Assembly (NCBI RefSeq): GCF_001194135.2
Contig: NC_068999.1
Span: 47,622,020 to 47,686,019 of the forward strand
From: Octopus bimaculoides
Taxonomy: Eukaryota
DNA: 64,000 nucleotides
Direction: 5' to 3'
Within the stretch, counting starts at the first letter, position 1, and every line of letters begins with the position of its first letter. Positions 24,401 through 33,700 of this stretch are shown in pieces. The position numbers and the translations under genes are program-made. The notes below the pieces were generated by a model. The model was not told the origin of the DNA and did no database searches. It worked only from the letters and a program-made list of their open reading frames with translations.

Positions 24401-26800
24401 TGCAGTGTCCAGCTAGCCTCATCCTTCTATGCTGTACCTTCAATGTTACTTTTGGTAGTCCCTGGTATAAGTTGGAAGGAGGAAGACGACCTATATCGAC
24501 AACTTGCTGAAGGATACTGGTGTGGAAGGGGTACAGGAGCTGAGGACCGTTATGGAAGATTGAGATGAATGGGGAAAGCATGTGGAAACAGTCTTGGGGC
24601 ATCTTGAGGGACAACCTAGACAGATAGATAGATAGATGTATTATAATACATGTGGTTACTTGTACAAACTTTTCAACATGTAATGTTTTGCCTTAAAGTT
24701 GAGATTGTTTACTTTTTAAAATGATCCTATTTCTCTTTTTCCAGACACCATTTTCCTTAAATTTACGACTGTGGGATATCTTTATGCTTGAAGGAGAACG
24801 GTTGCTTGTGGGTATGGCATATAACATTTGCAAAATGCATCGGAGTAAGTTAATCTGTTGTAATTTATAAACGTAGAAAAATTTTGATAATAATTTGTCT
24901 TTTTCTTGTTTTCTGTCATTGGACTGCAGCCATGCTGGGGCATGGCCTTGAAGGGTTTTAGTCAAAGAAGTTGACCCTCGTACTTTTTTTTTTTTTTTGA
25001 AGTCTGGTACTTATTCTTTTGGTCTCTTTTGCCCAAACTGCTAAGTTCTGAGACATAAACAAACCAACATCAGTTGTCAAATGATGGTGGTGGGTACACA
25101 CATGATGGGTTCCCATGCAGTTTCCACCTACCAGCTCCAATCACAAGACTTTGGTCATGTTTGGGTTATAGCAGAAGATACTTGCCCAAGGTGCCACATT
25201 GTTTTACATTGTTCCAGGTTGTAAATTTGTTTCATTTAAACTGTTAGATCTGATTTGTTTGGCTCACAGTGGTTATTTTTAATTCCCTCTTTTATTTTAT
25301 CAGTCCCTTGTGTCAGTTTGTAGACTACCTATCTCATGCAGATACACTACCTTTCCAATTAGAATATCATGGAATGCTTCATTTCACTTCTCCCTGCTAT
25401 TCCCTTCTCTTTTCTTACATTTACTGCAGTTTACATTTGTCAATTATTTGTCTTTTATTGTTATGATTTTGTCTACCAAGTCGTTGAACATGTTCCCCAG
25501 GCTTTGAAAGTTTTAAAAACACATTCCAGTTTGTCAAACCGTCTAACTCATGCAAGCATAGAAAGCAGATTTTAAATGATGAGGATGATATTAAATAAAT
25601 GGCCATCTTCATAATTAATTAATTGTTCTTCATTCATTTCTCTGCTGCATCATCATCCTCATTTAAACATTGTTGTTACATCTTTATTAGAATGGTCAAT
25701 AATCTTTACTCCTGAACTTCCAAATTTCACATTGTAAATACTATTTTCCTATATTTTCAGGAAAACTTGTTCGAATGCAAATGGATGAAATCCTGAATTT
25801 TCTCCATTATCAGTTAGAGAAGGATTTTGGTTATGATGACGACACAGTCATTGATCAGCTACAGTTAAGTTTAGATGAACTCCGTAAAGGTAAAATGGAT
25901 GTTGGGCCAAAACCAAAATCAAACGAGTTTCCAACATTACCATTTGGTTTAGATATCCAACCAAGCATTGAACAATACATCAACAAGAAACCCATTGAAT
26001 CACTTGATGAACATTTCCGCAAGAACGTACGAAGCGGGAAGTCCTACGCACGGAAGCGAGCCACGAGCAGTAGTACTACCCCCGAATTATCTCGAAGTCG
26101 AGCTGACACGAGGTCAATGCAGTCAGGTCAATATTCAGAATACTCAACCGATGATCGATCGTCATATTATGATACAGCAACTAACTCTCGGCTGTCTTTG
26201 CTTGATTTCAACTCTAGAACATCAAACCAGAGTTCAAGGACTTCCTTTGCAGATGCTTCTGACATTAGTTTGTCAATTGGAATGGACAGTACCACAAATA
26301 TAGATGAAGTTGATGCTGCTTCAGTTGATGCTGGTTCGGCTGAGACAGCTCGCGAGTTTATGATTGGTTCAAAGACTCCTGAAGGCATGATACTTGATAA
26401 TGAACATAAGACTGCTGGTGAAAATGTCCAAACCCCTGATTACGATAATCTTTACGACAAAGACAATGAGACAAATAAGGAGACTCAAATGATACCTTCG
26501 AGTATTCCCATCAGTAAGTCAGATGGGTTTATTGTGAATAAAACTCCAGCAACAAAACAAAACCTCACCAACGGATTTGGCCAACAGTCAGATCATTGCG
26601 AAAACATGCTCAAAGTCTCTTCATCAGATCATTATATCAGTGGAGTACAAGAAACATTTCAAGAGCAGAATGGTTTCTTAGAGAAACAAGATTTAAACCT
26701 TAGCACTGCCACTGTTGCACCACCAGCTGTAGTCACTATGCCAGCTAAAGAGGTGTCCACTATCCAAATGTCAAAACCCAGTGTGTATATGTACATGTAA
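3423..26800 (+). CDS. USP6NL: USP6 N-terminal-like / RN-tre TBC-domain RabGAP (whole gene, 657 aa)
   Basis: join(3423-3426,7381-7454,11828-11913,15342-15381,16469-16549,17710-17817,19277-19386,20554-20668,21614-21668,23053-23147,23675-23740,24745-24844,25761-26800) = 1974 nt. All introns are GT-AG and phases are consistent. RN-tre N-terminus [17 protein letters not shown]; TBC Arg finger IDMDVNRT and Gln finger YCQGM are intact. Confidence 0.93.
7381..7454 (+). CDS. USP6NL: USP6NL exon ([24 protein letters not shown])
   Basis: tttcag acceptor, GTGCAG donor; matches the RN-tre ERAEIVAKYD region. Confidence 0.9.
7803..8030. mobile_element. TTAA/piggyBac-type MITE family D (other copies 11371-11590, 15438-16015 split, 16655-16710, 53928-54156)
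   Basis: TTAA|CCCTTTAGCATT ... AATGCTAAAGGG|TTAA termini and a shared interior. Confidence 0.8.
9380..9784. mobile_element. Tc1/pogo-type MITE
   Basis: TIRs (A/C)CGTAAATCCTCGAGTATA with TA target duplication on both sides. Confidence 0.85.
9840..9985. repeat. Diverged 44-45 bp tandem repeat x4
   Basis: GGGTGTGGTGAAG at 9840, 9884, 9928 and 9973. Confidence 0.8.
10134..10372 (+). mobile_element. tRNA-derived SINE family A, near full length
   Basis: A-box-like GAGCTGGYAGAA..GTTAGC, B-box-like GAGTTCAAATTCC, A-rich tail. Other copies about 758-891(-), 1146-1305, 20004-20215, 22277-22495, 22762-22975, 31625-31790, 39155-39272(-), 40030-40835(- x3), 45762-45990, 52285-52770(- x2), 60985-61200, 61643-61842. 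Confidence 0.85.
11828..11913 (+). CDS. USP6NL: USP6NL exon ([28 protein letters not shown])
   Basis: ttttag acceptor, GTAAGT donor; strong family match. Confidence 0.95.
12071..12256. repeat. About 33-bp minisatellite x5-6
   Basis: AAACATTGCTAATTTTGGATGTTATAG-like units. Confidence 0.85.
12384..13888 (-). mobile_element. Tc1-family DNA transposon, near full length, inactive (transposase about 13599-12578)
   Basis: HTH start [16 protein letters not shown]; VFSDESRY; FQHNN in place of FQxDN; [11 protein letters not shown]. Frameshift and stop near 13210-13240. Degenerate TIRs ACTGAACYAYRAAAGAA at both ends. Confidence 0.92.
15342..15381 (+). CDS. USP6NL: USP6NL exon ([13 protein letters not shown])
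   Basis: 40-nt exon bridging phase 2 to phase 0; GTAAGT donor. Confidence 0.85.
16010..16325 (-). mobile_element. tRNA-derived SINE family F (other copies about 38810-38985, 41415-41680, 43740-43880)
   Basis: The - strand head reads GCATGGCTCAGTGGTTAG...GAGTTYGATTCC and the TGTTCTTGAGCAAG..CACTTTATTTCAC core is shared between copies. Confidence 0.78.
16469..16549 (+). CDS. USP6NL: USP6NL exon ([27 protein letters not shown])
   Basis: ER..KW.KML..W.KY motif; AG/GT boundaries. Confidence 0.95.
16921..17245 (-). mobile_element. SINE family C with GGACGTTAAAC(GAT)n tail and internal ~55-60 bp repeats
   Basis: Other copies about 9010-9250, 15536-15885, 18070-18400, 18860-19035, 19500-19760, 58915-59290, 60050-60175, 62925-63125. 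Confidence 0.82.
17710..17817 (+). CDS. USP6NL: USP6NL exon ([22 protein letters not shown]...)
   Basis: TBC start [12 protein letters not shown]. Confidence 0.95.
19277..19386 (+). CDS. USP6NL: USP6NL exon ([23 protein letters not shown])
   Basis: IxxDxxR arginine finger. Confidence 0.96.
20554..20668 (+). CDS. USP6NL: USP6NL exon ([38 protein letters not shown])
   Basis: YxQ glutamine finger. Confidence 0.96.
21614..21668 (+). CDS. USP6NL: USP6NL exon ([18 protein letters not shown])
   Basis: AG / GTGAGT boundaries; family match. Confidence 0.94.
21716..22235 (-). mobile_element. R4/Dong-type non-LTR retrotransposon 3' fragment (restriction-like endonuclease domain) with (AAT)n tail
   Basis: [55 protein letters not shown], with stops and frameshifts. 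Confidence 0.85.
23053..23147 (+). CDS. USP6NL: USP6NL exon ([31 protein letters not shown])
   Basis: GFPKL.R.QEHH motif. Confidence 0.95.
23308..23511. mobile_element. Tc1/pogo-type MITE (second copy about 21265-21420)
   Basis: TIRs TACCAYATTTYC..GCAYATACAAGTCAA; internal sequence shared with the 21265-21420 copy. Confidence 0.7.
23675..23740 (+). CDS. USP6NL: USP6NL exon ([22 protein letters not shown])
   Basis: KWF.QCFLDR motif; GTAAGT donor. Confidence 0.95.
24310..24636 (+). mobile_element. RTE-clade LINE 3' fragment with inverted 5' segment and (GATA)n tail
   Basis: - strand 24478-24312 encodes [38 protein letters not shown]; + strand 24478-24620 continues [19 protein letters not shown]. 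Confidence 0.85.
24745..24844 (+). CDS. USP6NL: USP6NL exon ([21 protein letters not shown]...)
   Basis: TPF.L.LR.WDI...EGER motif. Confidence 0.95.
25761..26800 (+). CDS. USP6NL: USP6NL last coding exon (end of TBC domain plus Ser/Thr-rich tail)
   Basis: ttttcag acceptor ends at 25760; open frame to TAA at 26800 (ORF track 25775-26800); [15 protein letters not shown] matches the family. Confidence 0.95.
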
Positions 26801-27216
26801 ACAAATCAGAATATTTTGTACTTAAAATTTCTTTCACTTCGTCCCTTGAAAGCAATCGTTTAAATATAACAACATGAATTTTAAAGAACTTAACTGAAGA
26901 AACAACCAAAGTTTCAATGTACAAATCTGCTTCCATAAAGACTTTCTATACCCCCAGACCCTATATTTTTCTTTCTTACATTCACACCACCCATCACTCC
27001 AACAACATTCTCTTCTATTTTTTATTATTATTTATCTATGTATTTATTTTTTTCCATATCTCTGCAACAACAACAACTAGCAGATTCTGACAGATCAATG
27101 CAGTTGTTAATTCCTTGTTTGGATTCTTCCTCCTTTTCCTTATCTCAAATACACACACAATCTATATAAATATGGATTTCATACTTTCAGACTCTGTGTG
27201 TGTGTGTGTGTGCATA

Positions 27217-27249
<33 letters not shown>

Positions 27250-27720
27250 GAAGTCTTTCTCACTCTAATATGTGTGTGTGTGTGTGTGTGTGCATATATA
27301 TGTATATATATATATATATATATGAAGTCTTTCTCACTCTAATATGTATGTGTGTGTGTCCACTTTGTTTTTGTATATGTCTAATTATCTTGTTCTGCCA
27401 GAACCAAAGTAGGACAACTGCAGTGCTAATGGACATTGAGACAGAATTGGGGTTCCAGCTGTCTTGTCTTCGGACAACTAGACTGTCCTTTCAATAGTGG
27501 CGTGTCAGTTATGGAGAATTTTTGATTCTTGAAATTATCTCTCATCCTTGTTTGGAACTGGTGCCAACTAGCACCAAACACTTAGTCTTTTGTCTCTGGA
27601 AGCAGAGATAATTTCAATACATCAAGAATCTGTCTAATATACCTTTATTTGTCTTTGTTGTTGAACTACATGCCACTGACTACTGGCTTCTCTAAAGATA
27701 TTTCAGTTTGCTTGTTTCTG

Positions 27721-27765
<45 letters not shown>

Positions 27766-28524
27766 CACACACACACATTTGCATATTTGAATAAGTGTGT
27801 AGGTGCATATGTATATATATATGTGTATATTTATTCTTAGGATTTTATTATATCTTGGTCTTTGATATTTAGTAGACCCTTGGAGATATATATGTATGTG
27901 TGTGTGTGTATATGTTTGTGTGTCTGTGTTAGACCTCCCAACATCACTTGACAACCGATGCTGGTGTATTTATGTCCCGTAACTTAGCAGTTCAGCAAAA
28001 GAGACCGATAGAATAAGTTCTGGGGTTGATTTGTTCAACTAAAGGCAGTGCGCCAGCATGGCCCGAGTCAAATGACTGAAACAAGTAAAAGAATAATATA
28101 TATATCCAAGGGTCTAGAGAGAGAGAGAGGCGTGTGTCTGTGTGTATGAACTTATATAAGAATATGTATACCCACGTACATAAAATATTATCTGAAACAA
28201 CTTATTTGGCCAGACTGGTTGAATAAAATGGTAAAGATGAAAGTTAGATTAGTAATAAATTTTTAAAGTTGATAGTACCAAATAATACCTGACTATCTAT
28301 CTGTCTGTCTGTCTCTTTACACACATATACATATATGCATGCATATATATGCTATATGCTCACATATATATATATATGCATGTCTGTGTGTGTGTGTTTA
28401 TATATATAGACACAAGGATATGCTATATGCATATCTGTGTATATATTTAATGCTCACACACATACATATGCTCACAAATATGTATATGTACATGTATAAT
28501 GGTATATGCATGTGTGAGTGAATG

Positions 28525-28559
<35 letters not shown>

Positions 28560-28979
28560 GCAGTTTGCCTCTTTGATTCAATCATGAAGTTATGAAATCT
28601 AATTGTTTGTTTTTAATTTCTATAACAAACATACATTTGATTGTAATTTGACAATTTGTTAAAAGCTTTGCTTCCTTATTTGTCATCCTCTCCCTCTCCC
28701 TTATACTTTTTTATAAACACATACATTTTCACACACACACATACACCATATACACACACACCTAATGTCTTTATATTACTAAGACATGGTGTATACTCTC
28801 TCATACTGTCACATGTCGATGCCTAGGAGTCATCAGGTTCCAATGACTCATTGATGTGCTGCATTCCTTGTCTGTTGTTAAACAGAGACCAGTATTTGAA
28901 TTCTTCCAATCTATTTTGAAATTCATTTCTGATTCTGTTGGTTTGTTGAACTCTGGATTGAATTAATGCTTCATTGTAA

Positions 28980-29018
<39 letters not shown>

Positions 29019-29107
29019 TTTTGTTTTCAAATTAAAATACTTGCTTGTCTCATTTCCTATATTGTCATATTCTATTGTTTTTAATGATTTAATCAAGACA
29101 AGGATGC

Positions 29108-29113
29108 AATAAA
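29108..29113 (+). terminator. Candidate poly(A) signal of USP6NL (3'UTR about 2.3 kb)
   Basis: AATAAA after a U-rich tract and followed by GU/U-rich sequence. The position is inferred. Confidence 0.45.
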
Positions 29114-30094
29114 AAACAATATTATAAAAAAAAAAAACTGTTTTGTTGCCTCTAAAATATCAAACTACTAATTCTGCAATATTCCTCAAATATGATGGTT
29201 CCAAAAGAATCAATACTCTCACACATATAGTTTCTGCAGTTACGGGTTACTTCTGCATCAAACTTCACTTGAAACCACTCAACAAACTCCCTTAGTCTCC
29301 CCACTATATACTCTCATGTAATCGTTTTAAACCAAATTGGGCGTTTTTATAGGATTAAAGGTCACTTGGATTGCTACAAATCACATCTTGACACATTGGC
29401 TAATATAGTCCCGGTTACACTATTCCTGAAATAATACCAAACACAATGAATACCTTCTGTCCAAGTTTTACTCAATTAAGGACAATTTGGGGCTTCACAG
29501 GCCTAGAGTTTCAGACTAACATGATTTTTGTTCTTTGGTAGCAACCGTTATTTTCTATTTGCTTACCCCTAGAAAGTATGAAAAATGGCTAATGTTTCCT
29601 TCAAACTTTGCTTTTGTTACATTTATTCAAATCCCAAAGAATCCCTCTCAATACATGGCTATGATGCTCCCCCACTATTCCTGTTCACAACCAGAGATGT
29701 ACATATTGTCAACCACTAAGGGACATGCTCAAGTGGTTACAGTCAAGCAACCGACAAGCAAATCTGTGGTATTGAGCAGAATATTTGCTATAACGATATT
29801 TCTGCTTCAGCAACTCAGTGCTGAATCTGTCTGAAATGTAATGGGAAATAGGTCAGTTTCAAAACATTGATGTTCAAGTGACAAAAGCAATGTTTGAAGG
29901 GAATAGTAGTCATTTCCTTTGATTTCTGGGTAGAAACAAATAGGAAATAACACTGACCAAAGACAAAAAATAAAATGTTTTGTTACACAGTGTAATGAAA
30001 CCATTAAACTGTTTCGATGTCTTTGAATGTTTTATTTAAGAAGTTAGTACAACAGTATATTTTCTAGTTTCTTTGGAGGAAATTGTTTAACAGC

Positions 30095-30308
30095 CTACCT
30101 TTTACATTCCATGATATCAAGGCTATAAACAAAACCAACTTGGTGTAACTTCGTTAATACATTTTCCACTAATACTGGCTGAGCAGTTGCCAGATCCTTT
30201 GCCTCTATACTGAGACACCAACAACGTAACTTGGTGAGTGAAAGTGGTTTCATACTGCTGATTGTTGACTTTTCAAACCAGGTTGCAATGTCATCTGGAT
30301 AGATATAT
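30095..30308 (-). CDS. TSNAXIP1: TSNAXIP1 last coding exon (YIYPDDIATWFEK...DIMECKR*)
   Basis: ctctag acceptor, open frame to TAG; AATAAA on the - strand at 30031-30036. Confidence 0.78.
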
Positions 30309-30743
30309 CTAGAGATTTAAAAAGAAACGGGAAACAAATATATAAATATACACATTAACAATGCCTTCTCCAACTATTTTTATTATTATTTGCTATCATT
30401 GAAATATATATCTATATGCGTTTATAAACAAATTTACATTAGCATTGAATCTGTATCGTATGATGCAGACAAGTAAGTGATATTTTGAATGCAGTATCAC
30501 CATTAAAACAGCAGAAAAATTAGGCATTATTACCCTTAAACAGGGGAAAAAGTTGTCAACAAACAGCCATTGGATATATATATCTATCTACCTATCTCTG
30601 TCTGTCTGTATGCATTATATATATATATATATATATATATATTNNNNNNNNNNNNNNNNNNNNNNNNNNNNNNNNNNNNNNNNNNNNNNNNNNNNNNNNN
30701 NNNNNNNNNNNNNNNNNNNNNNNNNNNNNNNNNNNNNNNNNNN

Positions 30744-30785
<42 letters not shown>

Positions 30786-33700
30786 AATGAACATGGAAAC
30801 CATTAAGATTTAGAAAAATTATCAAAATTTCAACAATAGAAATATTATCTTTAACAGTTGTTGACTTACTTGATGTCAATTATCTTGGAAATATTTTCAA
30901 TGTAATTCTTCCAAGCTCTTCTCAGCCACTCTCTAATGGAACTCAAGAATGGACCAATTTCTCCTTCTGCAGACTATTTAGACAACAAAGAGATATTACC
31001 ATGAAATATCATTGTATGACTTGATATTTCTAACATAGTTTAATAACATTGTTATTATTTAGAAATAGCTTCAATTTGATTATGGTTCATATCTGAAAGT
31101 ATGAAGGTAATATGATAAATATTAAGGTACAGAATATTAAAAATAGCCACTTGGACAATAAAGATCAGAATACTCTGCCTGATGACACCCTGAACACATC
31201 TGAGAAAACTTAACAGCAGCTCTGTTACAACCAATTATGTTAAGTGACCAATGATGTTAACTGATACAGTCAGATATGTTAACTAGTCCGTGTTGTAAAC
31301 TGATACATCCACTTCTGTTAACTAACCAGTATCATTAATTGATATATTGGTGATATAAAGTGTTAAGTTCGTGTGAGTTATTAGCCAGGAAAAAATAACT
31401 AATTTACTTTAAACTGTAATTTATAAATGATAAATTGATTTCATGAAAAAAAAGAAGCAAAACAATGGATTTGGTATCTCATAGTCCAATTTAACCAATT
31501 GTCTTTACAGATCCTCAGGAAGAAAGGTTTTCTTCATTAACATACATATTCTAGATATGATAGTCTTAGGTATCATTAGATACATATGATAGTTTTAGCT
31601 GTCAGTAGGTAGATATGATAGTTTATGTTTGAGTTCAAATCACCGAGCTTGACTTTGCCTTTTATCTTTTTGGGGGGCGATGAAAAATGTACCAATCAAG
31701 CACTTGGGTTGATGTAATCAACTATTTCTTCCCCCAAGATTTCAGGCCTTGTGCCTTTAGTAGAAAGGATTATCATCATTATTATTATTAACTGTGTGAC
31801 ACCTTGGGCAAGTGTCTATTATAGCCCCAGGCCTGCCAAAGCCTAGTGAGTGGATTTCATAGACAGAAGCTGAAACAAACCTGGTGTGTGCGTGTGTGTG
31901 TGCATGTAAATGAGTGTCACTGTTATATAGGCAGTACCATTCATTTCTAATACAGTGCGAGGAAATATCTGGTCATGGAGAAATATTACCTTGCTTAGAA
32001 GGAACAGGTAGGGGTAGTCAACAAGGGCACAGAAAAATCTGCCTAAATAAACTACAACCGATGCACAGAAGCTTGGAAAAGTGGGTACAAAAATGATGAT
32101 TAACAACCTGTTTTGATTGCCTACAAGACGTTTTTATAAATCCCAAGTCATGATAATAAATAAGATGGTTATTTTGAGATGATTGAAGAAGGTTATTTGA
32201 GATGATGATTCAAGGTTATTTGAGATGACTGATGATGGTTATTTTGAAATGATTAAAGATGGTTATTTTGAGATGACTGATGATGGTTATTTTGAAATGA
32301 TTAAAGATGGTTATTTTGAGATGATTGAACAGCACAATTAGTGTAATAAAAGTTTTATAACAATATTATTATTGGTAATGGCAATTATTTACCTCATGTA
32401 GCAATTTTTCTACATGAATTTTTTCACTTTCTAATTGTGTAGTAGCTTTTTCAACTAATGATGCAATAAAATCTGATTTTGTTCCTTTCAAAAAATCTTC
32501 TAAAAGTGTGTGGAATTCTGTTTTGGTGATATATTTCGTTTCAGTCTTATGATTTATACGACAATGGTTCTCCAAATTTTTTGTGAATATTTCTTGACAA
32601 TGGTAGACACTTTCTTCCAGCTGTTGAAATAGATTTACATTAAACTTGATTAGGAATGTAACAGTTAAAGAACATCAGAAGTCACCAATTTGTAATGGTT
32701 AAGTGTAAGATCTAATTTAACAGTTTATAAATATTGAAGATCACCAATCATAACAATCATATAACAATAATATGCAGCGAATAAATGAGAGAAGATATAA
32801 ATTGTTAGTTGAAATGATCCTTAATATATTGTTGTCATCATTACAAAGTAAGTTACAATTACTTTGAGTTAGTGAGTTGTAGATAGTTAGGTTCATCCAT
32901 GGGTAACTATTAGAGAGAGAAAAGGTAACAGAGTTTAGTCAAATAGAAAATGTAAAGCCTTGACCCATGTTTGACTCAAATAAGGCTAAGAGGTCAGTTT
33001 ACGCTCATAAATTTCTTAGTGCAACAAGTGAGAACAATAGAAAAATGTAGATTTGGGTTCAAATTCTGGCTTAGAAATTTGGAAGCTATTTTTTATAGGA
33101 CGTAATAAATTTTCTTTATAATTTTAGAAAATATTTCCAATATCTGATAATTAAGTCCATTAGACTTCCACTAAAAGAAGTCTGTTCTATATAAATGCAC
33201 ACACATATATTTATGTATGTATATATATCTATGCGTATGTCTTTGTGTCTACCAATATGTTTGTTCTCCACCATCACTTGACAACCAGTGTTGGTTTGTT
33301 TACATCCCTGTAACTTAGCAGTTTAGCAACAGAAACCAATATAATGGGTACCAGGCTCTAAAAAAAAAAAAAAAAAAGGGGAAGTACCAGGGTCAACTTG
33401 TTCAACTAAACCCTTCAAAGTGGTGCCCCAGCATGACCACAGTCCAGTGACTGAAGCAAGTAAAAGATAAAAGATGGTTTGTAAATAACCACTACTATAC
33501 CTCTTCGTTAAGTATTTTCCAGAAAAGCTTGATGTAATTGTTAATTGGTGAGAGTTGTTTTAGTGTGAAGTAGAATGTATAAGACCATTCGATCCTCAAA
33601 GTTTCATCTGGGTATTGCTTCGTCATGTAAGCCTCAAGAAATTCCGTGAGGCTGCTCTCCTATAAAAACTCACAAAAAAGGATTTACTTGGATTTGAATC

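Noticed and set aside
26425-26460. TPDYDNLY as an EPS8-SH3 PxxDY ligand in USP6NL
   Set aside because: The spacing is PDY, not PxxDY.
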